Assembly: GCF_963921235.1 (NCBI RefSeq)
Contig: NC_086108.1
Location: forward strand, 100,008,001 to 100,072,000
Reading direction: 5' to 3'
Origin: Mobula hypostoma
Lineage: Eukaryota
Length of the DNA stretch: 64,000 bases
Shown: positions 11,528 through 25,472 of the stretch, one piece after another
How positions within the stretch are numbered: position 1 is the first letter of the stretch
How the letters are laid out: each line of letters starts with the position of its first letter
The notes under the pieces: model-generated
What the model was told of the DNA's origin: nothing
The model's input: only the letters and a program-made list of their open reading frames with translations
Database searches by the model: none
Made by a program: the position numbers and the translations under genes

Positions 11528-13965
11528 GAATAAGATATAGGAGCAGAATTAGGCCATTTGGCCCATCGCGTTTGCTCTGCCATTTCATCATGACTGATCC
11601 AATTTTCCTCTCAGCCCCAATCTCCTGCTATCTCCCTGTATTCCTTCATGCCCTGACCAATCAAGAATCTATCAACCTCTGCCTTAAGTATACATAAAGA
11701 CTTGGCCTCCACAGCCTCCTGTGGCAAAGAATTCCACAAATTCACCACTCTCTGTCTAAAGAAATTTCTCCTCATTTTCAATCTAAGTGGACACCCCTCT
11801 ATTCTGAGACAGTGTCCTCTGGTCTTAGACTCTCCCACCATAGAAAATATCCTCTCCATATCCACTCTATCAGGGCCTTTTGATAGGTTTCAATGAGGTC
11901 ATCCCTTGTTCTTCTGAATTCTAGTGAATACAGGCCCAAACCCATCAAAAACACTTAATTTGACAAGGTACCTCATGCAAGGCTTATTGAGAAAGTAAGG
12001 AGGCATGGGATCCAAGGGGACATTTCTTTGTGGATCCAGAATCGGCTTGCCCACAGAAGGCAAAGAGTGGTTGTAGGCAGGTCATATCCTGCACGGAGGT
12101 CAGTCACCGGTGGTGTGCCTCAAAGATCTGTTCTGGGACCCCTACGCTTCATGATTTTTATAAATGACCTGAATAAGGAAGTGGAGGGATGGGTTAGGAT
12201 ATTTGCTGATGACACAAAAGCTGGAGGTGTTGTGGATAGTGTGGAGGGCTGTCAGAGTTTACAGTGGGACATTGATAGGATGCAAAACTGGGCTAAGAAG
12301 TGGCAGATGGAGTTCAACCCAGATAAGTGTGAGGTGGTTCATTTTGGTAGGTCAAATATGGTGGCAGAATATAGTATTAATATAGAAGATAGTATATGGT
12401 AAGACCCTTGGCAGTGTGAAGGATCAAAGGGATCTTGGCATCCGAAACCAAAGGACACTCAAAGCTGTCGCGCAGGTTGACTCTGTGGTTAAGAAAGCAT
12501 ACGGTGCATTGGTCTTCATCAATCGTGGGATTGAGTTTAGGAGCCAATAGGTAATGATGCAGCTATGTAGGACCCTGGTCAGATCCCACTTGGAGTATTG
12601 TGCTCAGTTCTGGTCGCCTCACTATAGGAAGGATGTGGAAACCATAGAAAAAGTGCAGAGGAGATTTGCAAAGTTGTTGCCTGGTTGGGGACCATGCCTT
12701 AAGAGAATAGGTTGAGTGAACTCGGCCTTTTTTCCTTGGAGTGACGGAGGATGAGAGGTGACCTGATAGAGATGAGAGGCATTGATCGTGTGGATAGTCA
12801 GAGGCTTTTTCCCAGGCCTGAAATAGCTAGCATGAGAGGGCACAGTTTTAAGGTGCTTGGAAGTAGGTACAGAGGCGATATCGGGGTAGGTTTTTTACGC
12901 AGAGAGTGGTGAGTGCGTGGAATGAGCTGCCAGCATCAGTGGTGGAGGCGGATACGATAGAGTCTTTTAAAAGACTACTAGACAGGTATATGAAGCTCAG
13001 AAAAATAGAGGGCTACGGGTAAGCCTCGATAATTCTAAGGTAAGGACATGTTTGGCACAGCTTTGTGGGCCTAAGGGCCTGTTTTCTAAGTTTCTATGTT
13101 TCTATATGACAAGCCATTCAATCCTAGAATCATTTTCGTGAACCTCCTTTGAACTTTCTCCAGTTTTAGCACATATTTTCTAAGATAAGGGGACCAAACC
13201 TGCTCATAATCCTGCAAGTGGGCCTCACCAGTGCTCTATAAATTCTTAATGTTACATCCTGGCATTCTAGTCCCTTTGAAATGAATGCTAACATTGCATT
13301 TGCCTTCTTCAACAGACTCAACCAGCAAATTAACCTTTAGGGAATCCCGTTCAAGGACTCCCAAGTACATTTGCACTTAGTTTTTTTGTATTGTCTCTCC
13401 ATTTAGAAAATAGTCCACTCTTTCATTTCTTTTATCAAAGTGCCAGACCATACACTTCCCAACACTGTATTCCATCTGCCATTTTTTGCCTATTCTCCTA
13501 ATCTGTCTAGATCCTTCTGTAGCCTCTCTACTTCCTCAAAACTACCCGCCACTCCACCTATCTTCATTTCTTCTGAAACTTTTCAGCAAAGCCATCAATT
13601 CCATCATCCAAATCACTGACATATAATGTAAAAAGAATTGGTCCCAATGCAGACTCCTGTGGAACATCACCTCTCACTGGCAGCCAGCCAGAAAAGTATT
13701 CCTTTATTCCCACTGTTTGCCTCCTTCAAGTCAGCCACTGCTTTTTCCATGCTAGAATCTTTCCAGTAATACCATGAGCTCATAGCTTGTCCAGAAGCCT
13801 CATGTGTAGCACCTTGTCAAATGCCTTCTGAAAATCCAAGTACACAACATCAACCTTCTTTGTCTATCCAGCTTGTTATATCTTCAAAGAATTCCAACAG
13901 ATTTGTCAAGCAAGATTTTCCCTCAAGGAAACCATGCTGACTATGGCCTATTTTATCATGTGCCA
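11528..13965 (-). mobile_element. CR1 LINE RT/3' fragment, split by an oppositely oriented CR1
   Basis: ORF 11611..11865 TRGHCLRIEGCPLRLKMRRNFFRQRVVNLWNSLPQ; antisense RT resumes at ~13105. Confidence 0.85.
11958..13105 (+). mobile_element. CR1 LINE RT/3' fragment (nested)
   Basis: ORF GVPQRSVLGPLRFMIFINDL...FADDTK; tttctatg tail; tgacaag at both junctions. Confidence 0.88.
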
Positions 13966-14134
13966 TTTTCATGCGATTCTTTGTAACCACAGGTAGATGG
14001 TCAGGAGAAGGAGTCTGGATCTCATTCAGTGTTTAACTGCACCCTTCATGTTAAGGTCAGATGCTTTTTGTAAGTATTATTGGTTTCTTGTTTCTTCTGT
14101 GATTTAACAATGGCAGTTTTACTTGGAAATTTGT

Positions 14135-15835
14135 CTTTAGTTCTGCTGGCCTCATTATAGGAAGAATGTGGAAGCTTTATCAGTGAGATTTACCAGGATG
14201 CTGGCTGGTTTAGAGAGCATGTCTTATGGAAATAGGTTGAGCAAACTATGGCTTTTGTCTTTGGAGTAACTGAGGATGAGACTTGACTGAATAAAGTTCT
14301 ACAAAATGATAAGAGGCGTAGATCAAGTGGATAGCCAGAGAGCTTTAGAAATGTCTAGTACCAGCGAAGATTATTTTAAGGTGATTGGAGCAAAGTATGG
14401 GTTTATTGAAAATAGAGGAAGTAGGAACACAATTTTCATACTACGAATGCTTTCAGAAAGGACAATTGAATATCAAAACGATGTCTTTTTATGTTTTATT
14501 GATTTCACTAAAGCATTCGACAAAGTGCAACATGAAAAATTATTTCAAATTCTCGCTAAACTAAACATTTACAGAAGGGACCAACAACTGCTTCAAAATT
14601 TATATTGGAACCAAATGGCGGCAGTAAAAATTGATGATAATGTAAGCAGTTGGACTAAAATTCAGAAGTGTTAGATAGGGATGCGTTGCCTCACGGAATT
14701 ATTTAATATCTATAGTGAAATAATTCTCAGAGAAATAGAAGACCTAGATGGGATAAAAATTGGAGGTGTTAACATCAACAATATAAGATATGCAGATGAT
14801 ACCACTCTTATAGCAGGTGCTGCAGAAGACCTACAAACCTTCCTAGACAAAGTAGTATAAACAAGTGCGGATTTTGGTCCAACCATCAACTGTAAAAAAA
14901 AACACATGTATGGTAATATCAAAACAGCAGGATATTCCCAACTGCCAATTGTACATCGGTAACCAAGAGACTGAACAAAAGATTAGCTTTAATTACCTTG
15001 GTAGCTTTATATCACAAGATGCTAGAAGTAAAGTAGAAATAAAAAGAAGAATTTCCATTGCCAAAACTAACTTCCGAAAAATAAAACCCATTTTTACCAA
15101 CAGACACATTTCTATAACAACAAGGCTTAGGCCACTAAAATGTTACGTCTGGTCAATCTTGCTGTATGCTTCCGAAACATGGACTATAACACCAGAACTC
15201 CAAAGAAACTTAGGAGCAACAGAAATGTGGTTTCTTAGAAGAATGCTGAAAATATCATATAGAGATAAGGTAACTAATGAGACAGTACTCCAACGTGCCC
15301 ATACGAAAAGATCTTTAATGAGAACATTAAATGAGAGGAAACTTAAATTCCTGGGCCATGTCATCAGAAAGGGAGAAATAGAATGCCTTACCTTACAAGG
15401 CCGTATGCCTGGGAAATGCTGAAGAGGGAGGCAAAGAAGAAAATATATGGACACTCTGAAAGAACTAACAGATCTAAGTGTGTGAGATATCATTGACACT
15501 GCGAGGAATTGTTTGATGTGGAAAACCATGATCGCCCAAGCGTGTAACGTGCAAGGCACATGAAGAAGAAGAAGAAAAAGAAGAAGGAGGAGCAAAGTAT
15601 AGAGGAGATGTAAATCTTTTTTTATGCAGAGATTGGTGGGTGCATGGACTGCACTGCCAGGGATAATGGTCAAGTCAGGTACATTAAGGGCATTTAAGAA
15701 ACTCTTAGATGCATGATAGAAAAATGGAGGGCTGCATGGGAGGAAAGGGTAGGCTGATCTTGGAATTGGATAATAGGTTGGCACAACATTGTGGGCCAAA
15801 AGGCAGTATTGTGTTGTTCTGTTCTATGTTCTAAT
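14135..15835 (+). mobile_element. CR1 3' fragment split by an RTE insertion
   Basis: MIRGVDQVDSQR before 14398; CR1 3' sequence resumes at 15589. Confidence 0.8.
14399..15588 (+). mobile_element. 5'-truncated RTE-clade LINE (RT region, disrupted)
   Basis: CFIDFTKAFDKVQH, RYADDT, ASETWT, EMWFLRRMLKIS, LKFLGHVIRK; (GAA)n tail; 12-bp TSD ggagcaaagtat (14387-14398, 15589-15600). Confidence 0.92.
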
Positions 15836-15845
15836 TGCATCAGAG

Positions 15846-16486
15846 CATGGTCTCCTAACCTTTTTTATGCCATGGATCAATAGTGTGTAGGAAGCCGTGG
15901 ATCCCAGGGGATCATGGGTTTGCGCCTCTGGTAGACTGTGTTCTCTCCAGGGCGCAAGCCTGGTTGGGAAGATTTGAAGAACCGGCGGTAACCAATGCAG
16001 GGGGCTCCCCCTCTCCTCATCACTGATGTAGTCCAAGTGCTGAGACAGCTTGGCACCAGTGTCGTTGCAGAGGTTGTCGGAGTGAAATTGTAAACAACAT
16101 CAAACAGCCTCAGGGACCCCAGCTCTGGATTTCTTCCTTGGGGTTTACTCCCAAAGCCTTTCCCATGGGTGGGTATGGCCGCAGGGCAGCGGATGTTTAA
16201 AATCAGAGTTTTTCTTCTCCTAGGTGGGCTGCCGTCCAAGGCTGACGAGCACCAGCTGTCCGAAGGAACTGGTTTTGAGGTGCCAGTGGTCTGCCTTTGT
16301 CCCTTCTCTTGTCAGTAGGAACAGTTCTGCCGGGGCCTTGGTTGTCAGAGACTGTTAGAGACGTACACCGTTTGGAGCACTTTATAGGTAGTCAGAGCTT
16401 ATCCCCACTATCACCCCAGCTATGTCAACCTTAGGACCAATACCATTAAGCAAAGGGGTCTGTAGACCCCAAGTTGGGAATCCCTG
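15846..16486 (+). mobile_element. ~80-bp hAT-type MITE split by a bipartite RTE derivative
   Basis: Halves 15846-15882 and 16435-16486 match the intact copy at 61280-61359; 8-bp flanks catcagag/cactagag. Confidence 0.7.
15883..16434 (-). mobile_element. Non-autonomous bipartite RTE-derived element
   Basis: RTE-like 5'UTR motifs (ttctcctaggtgggctgcc...aggctgacgagc); approximate TSD ggatcaata/ggaccaata; homologous to SINE bodies at 30229, 49043, 57137. Confidence 0.65.
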
Positions 16487-17029
16487 CACTAGAGTGGAAT
16501 TCTCACAATCAACATATAAATTTTAAGGCAATTGCCAATACAAAATACTGTATCTTTTCTAAAGTTTAGAGTTTTCTTTGGAATGTGCATCTGGAGCCTG
16601 GTGACTATCATGCACATTGCCTGTCTCTTTGCAGGGCTAATAGCTAACTAAACATCATGAAAGCCTCTTATCAACTCATTACTGAAAGACAATCCCATCC
16701 TTTTTAATTCTGTCCCTTGAAGTGTTGACATTGCTGATGGCGTCCTGAAATTGATCTCTCTACTTTTTCTGGCCATCTTTAATTCATGGACCTGCTCCCA
16801 GATTCCCCGCTGAAGGCTTCCACTGAAATTATCAGTCTGCTGCCTGTGCTCCCTTTGCCACCGTATCCCCTTTCCTGTTACTGCCTGCTTGTCAATTCCA
16901 GCCTTGTTTGCAAAGTCCAAGATCTGAAACCATTGTCTGGCTCTCGGCTAATGCACAATATAATATCAGGCTGGTTCTCTGGCTTTTTCTATTCATTTTT
17001 CAGAATGAGGGCATCACTGGCAAAGCCCA

Positions 17030-17513
17030 TCCCTAAGGAAGGACGTGGATACTATAGAGAGAGTGCAGAGAAGATTTACAAGGATGTTGCCTGGATTGGC
17101 GGGCATACCTTATGAGAATAGATTGTGTGTACTTGGCCTTTTCTCCTTGGAGCGATGGAGGATGAGAGGTGACCTGATAGAGGTGTATAAGATGATGAGG
17201 GGCATTGATCGTGTGGATAGCCAGAGGCTCTTTCCCAAGACTGAAACAGCTAACATGAGGAGGCATAGTTTTAAGGTGCTTGGAAATAGGTACCGAGGGG
17301 ATGTCAGGGGTACGTTTACAGAGAGTGGTGGCTGCATGGAATGCACTGCTGGCGACAGTGGTGGAAGCAGATACAATAGGGTCTTTTAAGAGATAGATAC
17401 ATGGAGCTTAGAAAAATGGAGGGCTATGCGCTAGGAAAATTCTAGACAGTCTCTCGAATAGGTTACATGGTCGGCACAACGTTGTAATGTACTGTAAATT
17501 TCTATGTTCTAAT
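17030..17513 (+). mobile_element. CR1 3' fragment
   Basis: ERVQRRFTRMLPGL...RMRGDLIEVYKMMRGIDRVDSQRLFP. Confidence 0.88.
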
Positions 17514-17659
17514 TACCATCGGGAAGTTGGTGGTGAGGTAACTTCTCCCACTACCGCTTTCCTTCGAGTGAGGAAACTTCTCCTCAGGCCTGCTGGGGAG
17601 GGAGTTCTGGGATTTAGACCCAGCTGTGACAAAAGAGAAAAAAAGTCAGCAGCAACTTT

Positions 17660-18145
17660 AGAATCAGATTCATTATCACTGACATATGACATGTAGTTTG
17701 TTGTTTTGTGGCAGCAGTACAATGCAAGACAGAAAAATTACCGTAAGTTACGATGAGAAATAAATTGATAGTGCAAAAGGGGAATAGTGAGGCGATGTTC
17801 ATGTGCTCATAGGCTGTTCATAAATCTGATGGTGAATAGCAATATGCTGCTTCTAAAATGTTGAGTGTGAATCTAGGCTCCTGTACTTCGTCCATGATAG
17901 TAATGAGAAGAGGGCACATCCTTAATGATGGATGTTCCTTTTCTGAGGGATTGCCCTTCTGGAGATATACTTGATGGTGGGAAGGCTAGTTCCCATAATG
18001 GAGGTGGCTGAGTTGACAACCCTCTGCAGCTCTATCTCATCCTGTGCATAGTCACCTCCATACCGGATCATGACATAACCAGTCAGAACGCTGTCCACGG
18101 TACATCTGCAGAAATTTGCCAGAGTCTTTGGTGAGATACCAAAGA
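17660..18145 (-). mobile_element. Rex1/Babar-like LINE 3' fragment
   Basis: FGISPKTLANFCRCTVDSVLTG...LQRVVNSATSIMGTSLP; gaatca tail. Confidence 0.8.
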
Positions 18146-19759
18146 TTTGGAGGCAAGCTGCAGGTGATGTTCTTTCCATGTAATAGCTGGCCTTACCCTT
18201 CTTGGTGGTAGAGGATGCTGGGTTGAGAAGTCCTATCAGAGAAACTTCTGTGAATAATCCCACGTTTTGTAGAAGGTACATACTGCAGCCACCATGCTGA
18301 TCAGAGTGGTGAATGGAGAGAATGCCGATCAGTTGGGCTGCCGTGTCCTGGATGGTTCCTTGAGCTGATTGCTTTCCACTGAGTTCACCGTCTTCGCAAC
18401 AGGCAAAACCCCGTAGGACAGCGGTAATGTAGAATGCTGCAAGTCCAGTTCACTGATTTATTTGCGGAACTGACAGTGGGGGAGCTGCATGGCCTCGGTT
18501 CTAGCGAGGACTAGGCCTCATCGAGATGTGGACTGTTTGCAGCCATCCTGAAAAGAGCCATTGGAGTCAGTACCAGAGTCAGTATGGCATAGCCTTCGTG
18601 CTGGCTTCAGTGCTGCCCTCCAACACTCGCTTGGTGGAAGGCAAGCTATATTGTGTTAAACTGCAGACTGCTGCAACGTTCATAGACTCAGGGACTTGGA
18701 CTATATTTTTTTCTGTGACTGTATTTTAGTGATGTCTTATATGTGCTATATGTTCTTTGTGCTGACTGTTGGTAGTGTGCTTTGGCACTTTGGCCCCAGA
18801 GTAGCACTGTTTCATTTGGCTGTATCCATGGGTGTTCATATATGGTTGAATGACAATTAAATTTGAACTTGAACGTGATTTAATGTGTGAAAGAACGTCC
18901 AAAAAAGGCTGGGGTTAAGCAAAAGGAAAAGCAGCAGAATCTGGCTGGAAAAATACGTTGTCAATCTTTCACTATCAGTGAGTATAAATCCTGGAACTCC
19001 CTCTCCAAAGGAATTCAGAAATATCAACTAACCTTTCAAAAATCAATTGACAAGAGACTTCTTGATGTTTAGTTGGCCATTAGCCTGGTAGGCATTGTGC
19101 ACAACACTGCAGAGGCATGCTTTACACAAACCTCCAAACTGAAAAAACAAAACACACAAAATGCTGGAGGAACTCAGTAAGTCATGTACTGTCTATGGAG
19201 GGTAATAATAAGTCAACATTTCGGGGTTGTGGCCTGAAATGCCAACTGTTTATTCCCCTCGAAATATGCTCTCTGACTTGCTGAGCTCCACCAGTATTTT
19301 ATGTGTGCTGTTCACGATTCCCAGCATCTACAGAATCTCTTGTGTTTCTGAAACTGAAAAGACATGTGCATTGGTATTTGCCCTAAATAATGCATATTGA
19401 TTGTGACAACTTCACTCTGGTGTCCTTGTCAAATCACAGAAGAAAACAATGATAATTACAAAAAGTGTCTGAGTTCAGTAAATGACAAGAAGGGCCCAGT
19501 TAAGCATTGAATGAAACCCAAAGTCCCTCTCCTGACCATTTCCTTACCGGTGAATATAATGCATCAGGACAGTGATCACCTCCACTCTCTCAAGAAGAGT
19601 TGGCAATGGACAAAACTGAACTTGACAGAAGTGTCCATACCACACAGGAAAATGAGTAAAACACCTTCAAATCACACAGGGGCATGAGTTGGGGAAAAAA
19701 AATCATCATTATTGCCTTGCTTGTCACTGTGTAAAGAGACATGAAAGACTAAATTTATT

Positions 19760-22700
19760 TGGCTCACATTAAAGATTGGCGGGTATGATGTTGAATCATA
19801 GCTGAAAGAAGATTATAGTTGGGAGCTTAACATCCAAGGATACACATTGTATCGAAAGGACAGGCAATCAGGCAGAGGGCATGGTGTGGCTCTGTTAGTA
19901 AAACATGAAATCAAAACCTCAGAAAGAGGGGACATAGGTTTGGAAGATATAAAATCCTTGTGGGTATAGTTAAGAAACTGCAAGGGTAAAAAGAGCCAGA
20001 TGGGAGTTACTGTATATACAGGCCTCTGAACAGTAGCCAGAATGTGAGCTAGAAATTACAATGGCAGACCAAAAAGGCATGTGAAAAGTGCAATCTAACA
20101 GTCATGAAGGATTTCTACTGCAGGTAGATTGGGAAAATCAGGTTGGTACTGGATCCCAAGAGAGAAAGAATTTGTAGAATGCCTACAAAATTGTCTTTTA
20201 GAGCAGCCTGCTGTTGAGTCCACTAGGATTCAGCTTTTCTGGATTGGGTGTTGTGCAAAGAACCAGATATGATTAGGGAGCTGACAGGAAAGGAACCCTG
20301 AGGAGAAAGTGATATAATATGATAGAATTCACACTGCAAGTTGAGACAGAGAAGCTAAAGTCAGATGTATCAGTATTACAGTGAAGTAAGGAGAATTACA
20401 GAGACATGAGAGAGGAGCTGTTTGGAAGGGGGTACTAGCAGGGAAGATGGCAGAGCAGAAATAAGAGGAGTTTCTTGGAGCAATTCAGAAGGTGGAGGAT
20501 AGATACATCCCAAAGAAGAAATATTCTTAAGGCAGGATGATGCAACCTTGGCTGACAAGGGAAGTCAAAACCAACATAAAAGCAAAAGACATGGCATAAA
20601 ATAAGAGATAGCCGAGGCTTTATAAGGCACTGGTGAGGCCTCACCTTGAGTACGGTGAACAGTTTTGGGCCCCTCATCTTAGAAAAGATGTGCTGGCATT
20701 GGAGAGGGTCCAGAGGAGGTTCACAAGGATGATTCCAGGAATGAATGGTTTATCATACGAGGAACATTTGATGGCTCTGGGTCTGTACTTGCTGGAATTA
20801 AGAAGGATCGGGGGGTGGGGGGGCCGGGGATCTCATTGAAACCTTTCGAGCATTGAAAGGCCTAGTCAAAGTATATGTGGAAAGGATGTTTCCCATGATG
20901 GGAGGGTCTAGGACAAGAGGGCACAGCCTCAGGATAGAGGGGTGCCCTTTCAAAACAGAGATGCAGAGAAATTTCTTTAGCCAAAGGGTGTGAATTTGTG
21001 GAATATGTTGCCACATGCAGCTGTGGAGGCCAGGTCATTGGGTGTATTTAAGGCAGAGATTGATAAGTTCTTGACTGTACATGGCATCAAATATTACGGG
21101 GAGAAGGCCGGAAACTGAGGTCGAGGAGGAGATTAAAAAAAAGGATCAGCCCTGGTTGAATGGCGGAGTAGACTCGATGGGCCAGATGGCCTAATTCTGC
21201 TCATATGTCTTATGGTCTTATGGTCTAATAAAGCAAAAAATTATTTATATATTCTTTTAATTCATTGGGATAAAGCATGGAATAGGCCCCTCTGCCTTCT
21301 CAAGCCACAATGCCCAACAATCCTCCAATTTAATACAAGCCTCATCATGGAACACTTGACAATGACCAATTATCCTGCCAACCAGTAGGTCTTTGAACTG
21401 TGGGAGGAAACCCACACATACAAGCTCCTCTCAGGCAGCAGCAGGAGATGTACCTGGGTCGCCCATGATGTAAAGCATTGTGCTAGCCACTACACCAGCG
21501 TGGTGGTTAGTTAGAGGATTAGGAATCTTTTAAAAACCAACAGAAGGCAACCAAAATAGCCATGGGTGTAGGGGAGATGGAATACAAAGGTAAGCTAGCC
21601 AACGATATCAAAGAGGATGTCAAAAGATTTTTCAGGTATATAAAGAGTAAAAGAGAGGTGATAGTAAATTTGGACCCTGGAAAATGATGCTGGAGAGGTA
21701 GTAATGTGGGACAAGGTAATGGCAGATGAACTAAGTAAGTACTTTTTATCAGTCTTCACTGTCGAAGACTCTAGCAGTATGCCAGAAGCTCGAGAGTGTC
21801 AGGGGCAGAAGTGAGTACAGTTGCAATTACCAGGGAGAAGGTGCTTGGGAAACTGAAAGGTCTGAGGGTAGGTAAGTCATCTGGACCTGATAGACCCAAC
21901 TCCAGGGGTCTAAAAGAGGCAGATGAAGAAATTTTAGAGGCGTTAGTAATGATCTTTCTTGAATCAATGAGTTCTGAAATGGCTTCAGTGGAATGGAAAA
22001 TTGCAAATGTTACTCCATTCTTCAAGAAGGGAGGACGGCAATTAGCCTGACCTCAATGGTAGGGAAGTTGTTGGAGTCAGTTGTTATGGATCTGTTTTCA
22101 GGGTACTTGGCCGAAAATGATAAAAGAGGCTAAAGTCAGCTTAGTTTCCTTCAGGGAAAATCTTGACAAATCTGTTAGAGTTCTTTGAAGAAATAACAAG
22201 GAGAATCAGTGTTTGTTGTTTACTTGGATTTTCTGAAAGCTTTTGATAAGGTTCTGCATAGGGAGCTGATTAACAAGATAAGAGACCATGGTATTACAGG
22301 AAAGATACTAGCATGGATAGAGCATTGGCTGATTGGCAGGAGGTGAAGTGTGGGAATAAAAGGAGCCTTTCGTGGTTGGCTACTGCTGACTAGAGGTTCT
22401 GCAGGGATCGGTATTGGGACTGTCTCTTTTTACGTTATATGTCAATGATGTGGATGATAGAACTGATGGCTTTGTGGCCAAATATGCAGACGATAGGTGG
22501 AGGGGCAGGTAGTGTTGTCAAATTAGGGAGTCTGCAGAAGGACTTAGACAGATTAGGAGAATGGGCAAAGAAGTGGCAGATGGAATACAGTGTCGGGAAG
22601 TGTATGGCCATGCACTTTGGTAGAAGGAATAAAAGCATAAACTGTTTCTAAACAGGGAGAAAATTCAAAACTCCAAGGTGCAAAGGGATTTGGGAGTCCT

Positions 22701-23385
22701 TGTGCTGGATTCCATAAAAGCTAATTTGCAGGTTGAGTCAGTGCTGAGGAAGAAAAGACAATGTTGACATTCATCTGGAGAGGACTAGAATGTAAAAGCA
22801 AGGATGTAATGCTGAGGCTTTATAAGGCACTGGAGCACTGTGAACAGTTTTAGCCACTTATTTAAGAAAGGATGAGCTAACATTGGAGAGGGTGCAGAGG
22901 AATTTCACAAGGATGATTCTGGGAATGAAAAGCTTATCGTATGAGGAGCATTTGATGGCTTTGGGCCTTTACTGACTGGAACTTAGAAGAATGAAGGGGG
23001 AGTTCTCATTGAAACCTATTGAATGTTGAAAGGCCTTGATAGAGTGCATGCAGAGAAGATGTTCCCTATGGTGGGGGAATCTATTACCAGAGGGCTCAGC
23101 CTCAGAATAGAGGGATGTCCATTTAGAATGAAGATAAGAAAGAATTTCTTTAGCCAGGGTGTGGTAAATCTGTGGAATTCATTCCAGCAGGTTGCTGTGG
23201 AGGCCAGGTCATTAGGTCTACCTGAGGCAGAGGTTGATAGGTTCATGATTAGTCAGGGCATGAAAGGTTATGGGGATGAAGCAGGAGATTGGAATTGAGA
23301 GGAAAATGGATCAGCCATGATAAGATGTTGGAGCAGACTCGATGGGCCAAATGGCCTAATTCTGCTCTGACATCTGATGGTCTTA
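19760..23385 (+). mobile_element. Long decayed CR1 ORF2 (APE to RT to 3' end) with nested CR1 3' end (~20610-21226) and SINE (~21260-21500)
   Basis: APE-like region 19770-20340; WKIANVTPFFKKG; LQKDLDRLGEWAKKWQM; NFFSQGVVNLWNS. Confidence 0.88.
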
Positions 23386-23387
23386 AG

Positions 23388-23660
23388 TACATCAAAATAT
23401 ACAGTGAAATGCATTGTTTGCGTCCAAATCATATCAGCAAGAGTTGTGCTGGGAGGAGCCCGCAAGCTTAGCCGTGCTTCCTGTGCCAACATCTCATGCC
23501 CTCAGCTTACTAACCCTAACCCCTACATATTTGGAGTGTGGGAGGAAACTGGAGCACCCGAAGGAAATCCACACAGTCGTGGGAAGAACGTGGAAACTCC
23601 TTACAGACAGCAGCAGGAGTCAAATCCCATTCGGTAATCGCTGGCGCCGTAAAGTTGTGA
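23388..23660 (-). mobile_element. V-domain SINE
   Basis: gtgggaggaaactggagcacccgaaggaaatccac. Confidence 0.7.
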
Positions 23661-24368
23661 CGTAAAGACATTACGTTGCCATGCCACTTCTGGGATAGTC
23701 TCACTAACACCGTCCATTTAGGAGCATTGTCACCCCATGGTTGCTGAGGGTAGAGGAGAAGGTGCTTTAAACACTTTCTCAGAGTGCCCAGTGGATCCTC
23801 CCTGCTCCCAGCAACTAATACTTCCCATAACCTCTCTCTTCTGCAATACTGCTTTTTGTGCCATTGGCAACAAATGGCCTGCTTTGTAATGCTGTTATGT
23901 TTTAGAAACAGAAATGTTTAGATCCAGGTGTGATTAATATAATAGTTACATCATCATCATTATGTGCTCAATCAGAGCACAATGCACTGTAAAGTACATT
24001 ACCATGGTAACACCATGCTTCTAAGTAGCTAATATTTTTCCGAGTCACTTAATGAAAATTAAATAGGGCCTACATTTGGACTGAACTTGCACATGTTAAT
24101 TTTGCAGTATTAACTACCATGAAATATGATATATTATCAGCTTAAGGGGCGGAAATAGTGTCTTGTCCAAGCAACGTTGTAATCTCGCTTTGGTTGAAAG
24201 CTTTTGAACACAACAAGTGTGGCTCGATTTCAAAAGAGAATGTGTCATAAAATTTCAATGTGATTTATATGTAAAGCAACATAATATTCTGCATGTACAG
24301 GGAAATATTGAGCAGAGTAGTACTATCTCACTGGAGTTAAGAAGAATGAGAGATGATCCCTTGAAATA

Positions 24369-24829
24369 CACTCAGGGGCCACTTCTTAGGTATAGGAGTG
24401 GCCATTGTGGTGTGTGGTTATTTGAGTTACTGTCACCTTCCTGTCAGCTTGAACCAGTCTGGCCATTCCCTTCTGATCTCTTTCATTAAAAAAACATTTT
24501 TGCCCACAGAACTGCCACTCACTGGATATTTAGTTTTGTGTTTTTCCCACCATTCTCTGCAAATGCTAGAGACTGTTGTGCGTGAAAATTCCAGGAGATC
24601 TGCAGTTTCTGAGATACTCAATACTCAAACCATGTCTAGCACCAACATAGACAAAGTCACTTAGATCACATTTTTTCACCATTTTGATGTCTGGCCTGAA
24701 CAACAACTGGACCTCTTGTCCATGTCTGCATGCTTTTATGCATTGAGTTGCTGCCACATGATTGGCTGATTAGACACTTGCATTAACAAGCAAGTGTAAA
24801 GGTGTACCCAGTTAAGTGGCCACTGAGTG
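24369..24829 (-). mobile_element. Internally deleted Tc1-like DNA transposon nested in a CR1 3' fragment (24320-25140)
   Basis: TA-cactcaggggccact...agtggccactgagtg-TA; ORF SISETADLLEFSRTTVSSICREW (Tc1 HTH). Confidence 0.85.
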
Positions 24830-25472
24830 TAGGTACCTATTTGCTTTCCCACCAAGGGGTTGGTAAAAATAAGGGGGCACAAGTTTAAAATTCAAAGCGA
24901 GAGACTTAAAAGAGACATCAGGAGCAGTGTCTTCATGCAAAGGGTGATATGTGTTTGGAAAGAGGTGTCAGAAATAGTGATTGGGGTGGGCACGTTAGCA
25001 ACCTTTAAAAGCCATCTAGGTAATTTCATGGGAGGAGGGATTTAGAGTTTGTGGACTAGCTCACTGGGGAACACAGTCGGCATGGATAAGTTGGGCTGAA
25101 GGGTCTGCTTCTATGCTATTTGAATCTCTGACTCTATGACATGGAACTGGATGATCAGCCGTGATCACAACTCATTGACGGCTGGCTAGAAGGACCCAAA
25201 GCCTGACTTCTGTTCATGCACGCACATGCTTTTGAAAGGAAGTGACTGAAGCCGCCAACAACTTTCAACCTGAGAGACAAGAGTGAATTATTCTTTAACC
25301 ATTCTCCTGGGTCGAATTGATTATAAAAGCCAGCATTTACCAGTCGTGAGATTAGTTAAGGGGCAATCACGTCACTACAGGACTGGTATGCCTACCGGAT
25401 TCACTGGATAACATCAACAGGTTTTTTTCCCCGATGGGACTCTGAGCACTTTGTGACAACTTTTAAATAACA

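Noticed and set aside
15143..15799. 218-aa minus-strand ORF
   Set aside because: Antisense shadow across the RTE/CR1 junction
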